In this document: piece after piece, positions 1 to 9,620 of the stretch | Layout of the letters: each line of letters begins with the position of its first letter | How positions within the stretch are numbered: position 1 is the stretch's first letter | NCBI RefSeq assembly: GCF_006345805.1 | Contig: NW_021825581.1 | Span: forward strand, 1 to 15,317 | Length of the DNA: 15,317 bases | DNA from: Octopus sinensis | Lineage: Eukaryota | Direction of reading: 5' to 3' | Position numbers and translations under genes: made by a program | Notes under the pieces: generated by a model | The model's input: only the letters and a program-made list of their open reading frames with translations | Database searches by the model: none | What the model was told of the DNA's origin: nothing

Positions 1-195
1 ATGTATGTATGCATGCGTGTATGTATATATTTAGTAAAGTAGGTATGTATGCATGTATGTATGTATTTCAGTCAGTCTGTGTGCGAGCGCGCATGCGAGT
101 ATGTGTCACTATTTGTGTGTGTGTGTGTGTGTGTAAAGTCTTTTTTACACAGCACACACTCATACATGGACACTCACACAACATACAAATACATA

Positions 196-227
<32 letters not shown>

Positions 228-260
228 ACACACACACAACACACATACAACACGCATTCA
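1..260. repeat. Compound microsatellite: (TATG)n/(TG)n switching to (CA)n
   Basis: Read directly: TATG/TG repeats at 1-134 and CA-rich repeats at about 146-260. The ORFs here (CVCV/HTHT) are repeat artefacts. Confidence 0.9.
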
Positions 261-364
261 CACGTGATACATAAAATTGCTGGGGTTTTTTTTTTACATT
301 CTTCCGTGACGTCATTTTGTTGTTGTGTCATAGAATCGAGTTTATTATTATTATCATTAATTAA

Positions 365-953
365 AAGTCGTCGAGTTGGCAGACACGTTAGCACGTCAGG
401 TAAAATGCTTAGCGGTATTTCGTCTGCCGCTACGTTCTGAGTTCAAATTCCGCCGAGGTCGACTTTGCTTGTCATCCTTTCGGGGTCGATAAATTAAGTA
501 CCAGTTACGCACTGGGGTCGATATAATCGACTTAATCCGTTTGTCTGTCCTAGTTTGTCCTCTCTGTGTTTAGCCCCTTGTGGGTAGTAAAGAAATAGGT
601 ATTTCGTCTGCCGCTACGTTCTGAGTTCAAATTCTGCTGAGGTCGACTTTGCTTTTCATCCTTTCGGGATCAATAAATTAAGTACCAGTTACACACTGGG
701 GTCGATATAATTGCCTTAATCCGTTTGTCTGTCCTTGTTTGTCCTCTCTGTGTTTAGCCCCTTGTGAGTAGTAAAGAAATAGGTATTTCGTCTGCCGCTA
801 CGTCTTGAGTTCAAATTCCGCCGAGGTCGACTTTGCCTTTCATCCTTTCGAGGTCGATTAAATAAGTACCAGTTACGCACTGGGGTCGATATAATCGACT
901 AATATCTCCCTCCATAATTTCAAGCCTTGCGCCCTTAGTAGAAAGAATTATTA
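365..953 (+). mobile_element. tRNA-derived SINE (family A): one head followed by three tandem body units with a 184-bp period
   Basis: Head has an A-box-like TTGGCAGACACGTT and the body a B-box-like GAGTTCAAATTCC. GGTATTTCGTCTGCCGCTACG recurs at 414, 598 and 782. The last unit ends in a different tail (...CCTTGCGCCCTTAGTAGAAAGAATTATTA). Resembles octopus tRNA-derived SINEs from recall only. Confidence 0.88.
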
Positions 954-958
954 CCAAA

Positions 959-1184
959 AGGGAGGCGAGCTGGCAGAAACGTTAGCACGCCGGGCGAAAT
1001 GCTTAGCGGTATTTCATCTGTCTTTATGTTCTGAGTTCAAATTCCGCTGAGGCCTACTTTACATTTTATTCTTTTGTGGCCAATAAAATAAATACCACGT
1101 GATCACTAGTGTTGATGTAATCGACTAGTCCCCTCCCCCCAAATTCCAGGCCTGGTGCCTATAGTAGAGATGGTTAGTAATATT
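959..1184 (+). mobile_element. tRNA-derived SINE (family A), single diverged copy
   Basis: GGCGAGCTGGCAGAAACGTTAGCACGCCGGGCGAAATGCTTAGCGG head, B-box GAGTTCAAATTCC, and tail CCCCTCCCCCCAAATTCCAGGCCTGGTGCCTATAGTAGA. Aligns by eye with 365-953. Confidence 0.88.
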
Positions 1185-1299
1185 GTTAATGGTACTGTTG
1201 ATCAAATGAAATTGGAATTAAATTCCCTGCGCTGGAATAAAAAAAATGGTACCGAGTAAGATTTGAACCAGAATAACAGGAACACAGAAATATAATATG

Positions 1300-1507
1300 A
1301 ATATCGATTTCAAATTCTGGCACATGGTCAGCAATTTTGGAGGAGGCGTAAGTCATTACATCGACCCCAGTAGTCAACTGGTACTTATGTTATCGTTCCC
1401 CGCAAAGAATGGAATTCGGCGGAATTTGAACTCAGAACGTAAATACGAACGAAACCCTGTTAAGCAATTTGCCCGTCGCGTCATCGATTCTGCTAAGCTC
1501 GTCGCCC
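1300..1507 (-). mobile_element. tRNA-derived SINE (family A), diverged, inverted
   Basis: The plus strand shows the reverse complement of the family body and head (ATCGACCCCAGT...GGTACTTA...GGCGGAATTTGAACTCAGAACGTA...AGCTCGTCGCC) and the tail variant CAAATTCTGGCACATGGTCAGCAATTTT. Confidence 0.85.
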
Positions 1508-1512
1508 TAATA

Positions 1513-2143
1513 GTAATAATAATAATCCTTTCTACTATAGGCAGAAGGCCTGGAATTTTGGCGTCGACCGCAGTGCTCAACGGTACATATTATTTTATGG
1601 CGACGAGCTGGCTAAATCGTTAGCATGCCGGGCGAAATGCTTAGCGGTATTTCGTTTGCCGCTACGTTCTGAGTTCAAATTCTGCCGAGGTCGACTTTGC
1701 CTTTCATCCTTTCGGGGTCGATTAAATAAGTACCAGTTGCGCACTGGGGTCGATGTAATCGACTTAATACCTATGTCTGTCCTTGTTTGTCCCCTCTGTG
1801 TTTAGCCCATTGTGGGTAATAAAGAAATAGGTATTTCGTTTGCCGTTACGTTTTGAGTTCAGACTACGCCGAGGTCGACTTTGCCTTTCATCCTTTCGGG
1901 GTCGATTAAATAAGTACCAGTTATGCACTGGGGTCGATGTAATCTACTTAATCCGTTTGTCTGTCCTTGTTTATCCTCTCTGTGTTTAGCTCCTTGTGGG
2001 TAGTAAAGAAATAGGTACATATTATTTTATCGACCCCGAAAGGATGAAAGGCAAAGGTGGTCCTGGCGGCATTTGAACTCGGAACGTAAAGACGGACGAA
2101 ATGGCGCTAAATATTTTTGCCCGGCTTTCTAATGATTCTGCCA
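1513..2143 (-). mobile_element. Family A SINE split in two (1513-1598 and 2031-2143) by a nested insertion
   Basis: Reverse-complement tail ATAATCCTTTCTACTATAGGCAGAAGGCCTGGAATTTT at about 1520-1560. The body resumes as ATCGACCCCGAAAGGATGAAAGGCAAAG...ATTTGAACTCGGAACGTAAAGACGGACGAAAT after 2029. Confidence 0.85.
1599..2013 (+). mobile_element. Family A SINE dimer (head + 2 x 184-bp body) flanked by a 17-bp target-site duplication
   Basis: GGTATTTCG at 1646 and 1830, with the next GGTA at 2014 (184-bp period). GGTACATATTATTTTAT occurs identically at 1582-1598 and 2014-2030. Confidence 0.9.
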
Positions 2144-2424
2144 ACGACAAAGGGTTTTAATTAAGAAAGACAATTAGTATGCATGTGTGTGTGTATGTGT
2201 GTGAGTGTGGTAGTGTAGGGGTTTTGCATGTGAACAGGTGTAGCAAAAAGAAGAGGGAGAGGAGGAGAAGAAGAGGAAGAAGAAGGTAAAGAATAAGAAG
2301 GAGTGTGATGTAAGAAACTAAATATTTGAGGAATGAACAAAGGCCGTATCGTTAATCAACTGATAAGATTTGTACTTCTAGATTTACGAAAGCCCGGGTT
2401 GCCGGGTTGCAGGATTGCAGGATT

Positions 2425-3123
2425 GCCGGGTAGACGGGTGGACGGGTGGTTTGGAAAGAAGGGGTGAGGTATATGCATATATGTGTGAGTATGTGTGTGT
2501 GTGTGCATGCATGCGTGTGTGTGTGCGTGTGTGTGTGCAGTTAGTACCTATGTGCATATGTGAATCTCTGTGTGTTTGCCGGGTAGACGGGTGGTTTTGG
2601 AAAGAAGGGGTGAGGTATATGCATATATGTGTGTGTATGTGTGTGTGTACGTGTGTGTGTGTGTGTGTGTGCAGTTAGTACCTATATGCATATGTGAATC
2701 TGTGTGTGTGTGTGTGCCTATAAGCATGTGTGTGTGTGCGTGCGTGTGTGTATGCGTGTGTGTGTGTGTGTGTACGTGTGTGTGTGTGTGCAGTTAGTAC
2801 CTATGTGCATATGTGAATCTGGGTGTGTGTGTGTGCCTATAAGCATGTGTGTGTGTGCCTATAACCATGTGTATGTGTGTGTTTGTATGTGTATACCCAT
2901 GTGTGTGCAAATGTGTGTGTGCGTGCGTGTGTGTATGCGTGTGTGTGTGTGTGTGTACGTGTGTGTGTGTGTGCAGTTAGTACATATGTGCATATGTGAA
3001 TCTGTGTGTGTGTGCCTATAAGTATGTATGTGTACCTATAACCATGTGTATGTGTGTGTTTGTATGTGTATACCCATGTGTGAGCAAATGTGTGTGTGCG
3101 TGCGTGCGTGCGTGTGTGTATGC

Positions 3124-3174
<51 letters not shown>

Positions 3175-3420
3175 TAGTACCTATGTGTATATGTGAATCT
3201 CTGTGTGTGTGCCTATAAGTATGTATGTGTACCTATAACCATGTGTATGTGTGTGTTTGTATGTGTATACCCATGTGTGTGCAAATGTGTGTGTGCGTGC
3301 GTGCGTGCGTGTGTGTATGCGCGCGCGTGTGTGTGTGTGGTGTGTGTGTGTGTGTGTGTGAGTGTGTGCAGTTAGTACCTATGTGTATATGTGAATCTCT
3401 GTGTGTGTGCCTATAAGCAT
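2425..3420. repeat. Compound TG-rich minisatellite with six anchor copies (CAGTTAGTAC...ATGTGAATCT)
   Basis: Anchor CAGTTAGTAC at 2538, 2672, 2791, 2974, 3171 and 3369. Confidence 0.88.
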
Positions 3421-3674
3421 GTGTATGTGTGTGTTTGTATGCGTATAACAATGTGTGTTTGAGAGTGTGATTGTGTGCGTGTACATGTGTGTATGCGTAT
3501 AACTGTGCGTGTGTGTTTTTGTACGTTTATGCTCATATGTATACGTGTGTGTGCGTCTTCTCGTATATGTATACCGATGTGTATGTCTGTGCGTATAACC
3601 TTGTGTGTATGTATGTGTGTGTGCGCGCAAAACCATGTGCATATGTGTATGCTCGTAAGCTTGCGTACGTGTGC

Positions 3675-5088
3675 GTGTGTGTATATATCCATGCGTGTGT
3701 TCGTGTGTGTATATATCCATGCGTGTGTTCGTGTGTGTATATATCCATGCGTGTGTTCGTGTGTGTATATATCCATGCGTGTGTTCGTGTGTATATATCC
3801 ATGCGTGTGTTCGTGTGTGTATATATCCATGCGTGTGTTCGTGTGTGTATATAAGCCATGCGTGTGTTCGTGTTGTATATATCCATGCGTGTGTTCGTGT
3901 GTGTATATATCCATGCGTGTGTTCGTGTGTGTATATATCCATGCGTGTGTTCGTGTGTGTATATATCCATGCGTGTGTTCGTGTGTGTATATATCCATGC
4001 GTGTGTTCGTGTGTGTATATATCCATGCGTGTGTTCGTGTGTGTATATATCCATGCGTGTGTTCTTGTGGTGTATAATATCCATGCGTGTGTTCGTGTGT
4101 GTATATATCCATGCGTGTGTTCGTGTGTGTATATATCCATGCGTGTGTTCGTGTGTGTAATATCCAGCGTGTGTTCGTGTGTGTATATATCCATGCTTGT
4201 GTTCGTGTGTGTATATATCCATGCGTGTGTTCGTGTGTGTATATATCCATGCGTGTGTTCGTGTGTGTATATATCCATGCGTGTGTTCGTGTGTGTATTA
4301 TCCATGCGTGTGTTCGTGTGTATATATATCCATGCGTGTTGTTCGTGTGTGTGTATATATCCATGCGTGTGTTCGTGTGTGTATATATCCATGCGTGTGT
4401 TCGTGTGTGTATATATCCAATCCATGCGTGTGTTCGTGTGTGTATATATCCATGCGTGTGTTCGTGTGTGTATATATCCATGCGTGTGTTCGTGTGTGTA
4501 TATATCCATGCGGTGTTCGGTGTGTGTATATATCCATGCGTGTGTTCGTGTGTGGTATATATCCATGCGTGTGTTCGTGTGTGTATATATCCATGCGTGG
4601 TGTTCGTGTGTGTATAATCCATGCGTGTGTTCGTGTGTGTATATATCCATGCGTGTTGTTCGTGTGTGTATATTCCATGCGTGTGTTCGTGTGTGTATAT
4701 ATCCATGCGTGTGTTCGTGTGTGTATATATCCATGCGTGTGTTCGTGTGTGGTAATATCCATGCGTGTGTTCGTGTGTGTATATATCCATTGCGTGTGTT
4801 CGTTGGTGTATATATCCATGCGTGTGTTCGTGTGTGTATATTCCATGCGTGTGTTCGTGTGTGTATATATCCATGCGTGTGTTCGTTGTGTGTATATATC
4901 CATGCGTGGTGTTCGTGTGTGTATATATCCATGCGTGTGTTCGGTGTGTATATATCCATGCGTGTGTTCGTGTGTGTATATATCCATGCGTGTGTTCGTG
5001 TGTGTATATATCCATGCGTGTGTTCATGTGTGTATATATCCATGCGTGTGTTCGTGTGTGTATATATCCATGCGTGTGTTCGTGTGTG
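3675..5088. repeat. 28-bp minisatellite (CCATGCGTGTGTTCGTGTGTGTATATAT), about 50 copies
   Basis: Unit read directly (CC at 3689 and 3717). Span of about 1.41 kb divided by 28. Explains the 578, 595 and 668-aa repeat ORFs. Confidence 0.95.
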
Positions 5089-5145
5089 CATTTGTTTGGA
5101 TATGCGTATAACCATGCAGGAATGCGCGCACGTGTGTGTATATAC

Positions 5146-5358
5146 TCTTTTACTCTTTTACTTGTTTCAGTCATTTGACTGCGGCCATGCTGGAGCACCG
5201 CCTTTAGTCGAGCAAATCGACCCCCCAGGACTTATTCTTTGTAAGCCTAGTACTTATTCTATCGGTGTCTTTTGCCGAACCGCTAAGTTACGGGGACGTA
5301 AACACACCAGCATCGGTTGTCAAGCGATGTTGGTGGGGGGACAAACACAGACACACAC
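5146..5358 (-). mobile_element. 3' portion of a second SINE family (family B)
   Basis: Reverse complement matches the 3' half of 9066-9438 (TTGACAACCGATGCTGGTGTGTTTACGT...GAATAAGTAC...GGCGGTGCTCCAGCATGGCCGCAG...GACTGAAACAAGTAAAAGA), ending in short (TAAAAGAG) tail repeats. Confidence 0.85.
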
Positions 5359-5384
5359 CTTCCCCCCTACATTTACGACCAACC

Positions 5385-5865
5385 AAAGCCAGTGTCACCA
5401 AAATCGACGCTACCCCACCACCAACACCACCAGCAATAACACAACCACCACAACCACAACCACCATCACCATCACCACCGCCGCCGCCACCACCACGAAT
5501 AACACCGTCACAACTATAAATGCTGTTGTCGACGTCACCTCCGTCAGTACCAGCAACGCCACCAACGCCGCCAACAACACCACCACCACCACGACCACCA
5601 CAACCACCACCGCCGCCACCATTAACAATCACCACCACCACCACCACCACCACCATCGTCGCCGCCACCAACAATAATACTATTGCCGTTGCTTCACCAC
5701 TACCAACAACCAACACCACCACCACCACCACGACCACCACAACCACCACCGCCGCCACCATTAACAATCACCACCACCACCACCACCACCACCACCATCG
5801 TCACCGCCACCAACAATAATACTATTGCCGTTGCTTCACCACTACCAACAACCACCACCACCACC

Positions 5866-5897
<32 letters not shown>

Positions 5898-6032
5898 CAA
5901 CAACAATACTATTGCCACCGCTTCCGTCATTACCACCAACACCAGCAACGCCACCAACACCGTCAACCTCACCACCACCACGAATACCACGATCGCCACC
6001 ACAACCATCAACGCCACCACCGCCGCCGCCAA
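5385..6032. repeat. ACC/AAC-rich low-complexity trinucleotide tract with an internal ~140-bp duplication
   Basis: ATTAACAATC at 5621 and 5760; TATTGCC at 5681, 5823 and 5910. Poly-T/H/P ORFs are open in several frames. Confidence 0.85.
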
Positions 6033-6126
6033 ATGAATGAATCGAGCAGCCGACATGTAAATAAGGAGTTGTCAGGTGTGTAGAGTGTGATTGAAGGTGA
6101 TTGGTTGCTTGTAGGTGCGAGTGTGG

Positions 6127-6890
6127 GTGCGGGAGAGAGGTAGATAATGAGAGAGGAGGAGGAGAGACAGAGAGAAGGGGAGAGAGGGAAGAGAAAGGAG
6201 GTGCGGCAGAGAGAGAGACAGAGAGAAAGGGGATTAGAGTTGGAAAGATACGATGAGAGAGAGGATAGAAGAGGGAGAAAGAGAAAGACAGGTAGAGAAG
6301 AGAAGAGAGGAGAGGAGAGACAGTAGGGGGAGAGAGGGGAGAGAAAAGAGGTGCGGCAGAGAGGGAGATAGAGAGGAAGGGAGAGAGGAAGGGAGAGAGA
6401 AAGGGGATTAGAGTTGGAAAGATACGATGAGGGAGAGAGAGAGGATAGAAGAGGGAGAAAGAGAAAGAGAGAGAGAAGAGAAGAGAGTCAGATAGACAGT
6501 AAGGGGGAGAGAGAGGGAAGAGAAAGGAGGAGAGGTGGAGAGAGAGAAGGGGAGAGACAGATAGGTAGAGAGGGAGACAGAGAGGCAATAAGGGAGTGAA
6601 AGTGAAACAGGGGAGAGGACAAAAAAAAGAGAGAGGAAGAAAGGGTGAAACGGGAGAGGGAGGGAGAGTTAGAATTAGAGTGGAACGATAGTCTGAGAGA
6701 GAGAGAGAGGATATGGAGAAGAAAGGGGGAGAGAGAGTTAAGAGAGAGGAGAAGTAAAGCGAAAGAGAGAATGAGAGACGTGGGTGGAAGGGAGAGGTAG
6801 GAGAGAGAGGGAGAAAAGGCGAGAAGGAGAAGGAGAGGTGAGAGAGATAGGTATGGGAGAGGGTAGAGAGAGAGAGAGAGAGAGAGAGAA
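6127..6890. repeat. GA-rich polypurine tract with internal duplications
   Basis: Nearly all A/G on the plus strand. GGATTAGAGTTGGAAAGATACGATGAG at 6231 and 6405; GTGCGGCAGA at 6201 and 6351. Confidence 0.9.
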
Positions 6891-6926
6891 GGGTGAATGT
6901 AAGAAGTATCGTCTGTTAGCGTCAAG

Positions 6927-7037
6927 ATGACGACCATCCAAAGGCAGAGATTGAACCTGTCACGGCTGAGTCGAGGAGTAGGAGAAGTGGAAACAGGAAA
7001 AGGGAATTCTTTGATCAGTGTTTACCTGGAACCACAG
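6927..7037 (+). other. Candidate short exon (ATG to a phase-0 splice donor): MTTIQRQRLNLSRLSRGVGEVETGKGNSLISVYLEPQ
   Basis: Unique-sequence island between two repeat tracts. AAG-ATG context at 6927 and CAG|GTAAGG donor at 7037/7038. Two plus frames are open. No recognisable homology. Confidence 0.25.
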
Positions 7038-7090
7038 GTAAGGGGCTGCGATTTTTTGGGGGGATTTCATGAGCATCGTATGTCCGTGTA

Positions 7091-7153
7091 GCATGTATGT
7101 ATGTATGTATGTATGTATGTATATGTATGTATGTATGTGTGTGTATGTATGTG

Positions 7154-7185
<32 letters not shown>

Positions 7186-7583
7186 TGTATGTTTGTATGT
7201 ATGTATGTATGTATGTATGTATGTATGTATGTATGTGTGTATGTATGTATGTATGTATGTTTGTATGTATGTATGTATGTATGTATGTATGTATCTATGT
7301 GTGTATGTATGTATGTATGTATGTATGTTTGTATGTATGTATGTATGTATGTATGTATGTATATGTATGTATGTATGTATGTATGTGTTTGTATGTATGT
7401 ATGTATGTATGTATGTATATGTATGTATGTATGTGTGCGTATGTATGTGTGTGTGTGTGTATGTATGTGTGTATGTATGTATGTATGTTTGTATGTATGT
7501 ATGTATGTATGTATGTATGTATGTGTGTATGTTTGTATGTATGCATGTAAGTATGTTTGTATAGATTTATGTATGTATGTATG

Positions 7584-7616
<33 letters not shown>

Positions 7617-7719
7617 ATGTGTGTATTTATGTATGTTTGTATGCTTGTATGTATGTATGTATGTATATATGTATGTATGTATGTGTGTATGTATGTATGT
7701 TTGTATGTGTATGTATGTT

Positions 7720-7751
<32 letters not shown>

Positions 7752-8529
7752 TGTGTGTGTGTATGTATGTATGTATATATGTATGTATGTATGTATGTAT
7801 TATGTATGTATGTATGTTTGTATATATCTATGTATATACGTATATATGCATGTATGTATGTATGTTTGTATGTTTGTATGTATGTATGTATGTATGTATG
7901 TATAGGGGACATCGTATATATGTATCTGCGTATGTGTTTATGCATGTAGCGGTTTGTATGTATGACTTATGTATGTTTACGTATACATGTGTACACTTAT
8001 AAATACATACGAGTATGTACATATGTATGCATATGTATACGTATGTATGTATTATGTATGTGTGTATATTTAAGAATGATGTATGCATATATGTGTGTAC
8101 ATGTGTGTGTCGATGTATATTAGGGTATGTATGCATTTGTGAATAATATGTATTACGTTTGTAGGTATGTGTATATGGAATGTATGGCTAGATGGATGTA
8201 TGTATAATATGTATGTATGTATGTATGTATGCATTTAAATAGCTTAGCCATTTAAATGTATGTATGTATGTATGTATGTATGTGTGTATGTATGCATGTA
8301 TTGATGTATGTATGTATGTATGTATGTATGCATGTATGCATGTATGTATGTATGTATGTATGTGTTGTATGTATGCATGTATTGATGTATGTATGATGTA
8401 TGTATGTATTATGCATGTATGCATGTATGTATGTATGTATGTATGTATTGATGTATGTATGTATTATGTATGTATGTGTGTATGTATGCATGATGCATGT
8501 ATGTTGTATGCATGTATGTATGTATGATT

Positions 8530-8560
<31 letters not shown>

Positions 8561-9063
8561 TGTATTATGTATGTATGTATGTGTGATGTATGTATGTGTG
8601 TATGTATGTATGTGTGTATGTATGTGTGTATGTATGTATGTATGTGTGTATGTATGTATGTATGTATGTATGAATGCATGTAGTTTGTATGTATGTATGT
8701 AGTGTGTATGAATGCATGTATGTATGTATGTATGTATGTATGTGTGTTGTATGTATGTGTGTATGTATGTATGTATGTATGTATGTATGTATGTATTGTA
8801 TGTATGTATGTGAGGTATGTATGTATGTATGTATATGTATGAATGCATGTTGTGTATGTATGTAGGTATGTATGTATGTGCATGTATGTATGTATGTATG
8901 TATTATGTATGTATGCATGTATGCTATGTATGTATGTATGTATGTATGTATGTATGTATGTTGTATGTATGTATGTATGTATGTATGTATGTATGTATGA
9001 CATGTATTTCTTTATGTATGTTTGTGTGTATTTATAAATGCATGTGTATGAATGCATGTGTAT
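7091..9063. repeat. (TATG)n microsatellite of about 2 kb, degenerate at about 7900-8250
   Basis: Read directly. The MYVC/HTYI ORFs are artefacts. Confidence 0.95.
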
Positions 9064-9065
9064 AT

Positions 9066-9438
9066 AGGCACATCGTGACTGTGCGATAAGAAATTTGCTT
9101 CCCAACCACATGGTTCCGGGTTCAGTTCCACTACATTGTACATTGGGCAAGGGTCTTCTATTACAGTCTTGGGCCAGCCAAAGTTTTTCTCATAAATGTA
9201 TGTGTGTGTGTGTGTGTGTGTGAATGTCTTTGTGTCTATGCTTGTTCCCCCTTGATTGACAACCGGTGTTGGTGTGTTCACGTTCATGTAAATAGGCAAT
9301 TCGACCTGAAGTGTTCGGTAGAATAAGTACCCGGCTTGAGAAAAAATAGTACTGGGGTTGATTCCTTCGACTAAATATTCTTCATGGCGGTGCCCCAGTA
9401 TGGTCGCAGGCTGACTAAAACAAGTCAAAGATAAAAGA
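9066..9438 (+). mobile_element. tRNA-derived SINE family B, full-length diverged copy with internal (TG)n
   Basis: Head GTGACTGTGCGATAAG...TTCCCAACCACATGGTTCCGGGTTCAGTTCC (A/B-box-like). Central TTGGGCAAGG segment is reminiscent of the CORE domain (inference). The 3' half matches 5146-5358. Confidence 0.85.
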
Positions 9439-9501
9439 CATGGATATATGTTTGTATGTATGTATGCATGCGTTTGGGATTTATCTCAATTTTTTCCATA
9501 T

Positions 9502-9620
9502 AGGTTCAGGTGTGGCTGTGTGGTAAGAAGGTTACTTCCCAACCACATGGCTCCAAGTTCAGTCCTACTGCGTGGCACCTTAGGTGAGTGCCTTCTACTA
9601 TAGCCTCGGGCTGACCAAAG
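9502..9620 (+). mobile_element. 5' fragment of SINE family B, truncated at ...GACCAAAG
   Basis: GTGGCTGTGTGGTAAGAAG...TTCCCAACCACATGG...GTTCAGTCC aligns with 9072-9180. Confidence 0.85.

Noticed and set aside
365-470. Possible tRNA genes at SINE heads
   Set aside because: A/B-box-like motifs are present, but their spacing is extended, no cloverleaf is evident, and they continue into SINE bodies.
1186-1623. ORFs of 63-108 aa over the SINE cluster
   Set aside because: They are incidental frames through SINE sequence.
3675-5088. Possible CRISPR-like array (28-bp repeats)
   Set aside because: Units are head-to-tail with no unique spacers, the context is eukaryotic, and there are no cas genes.
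3379-5677. Long ORFs of 578, 595 and 668 aa
   Set aside because: They are translations of the 28-bp array, open on both strands in several frames, with repeat-only peptide content.
5288-6056. Mucin-like, poly-His and poly-Pro ORFs
   Set aside because: An ACC-rich tract is open in most frames, with no splice signals or non-repetitive domain.
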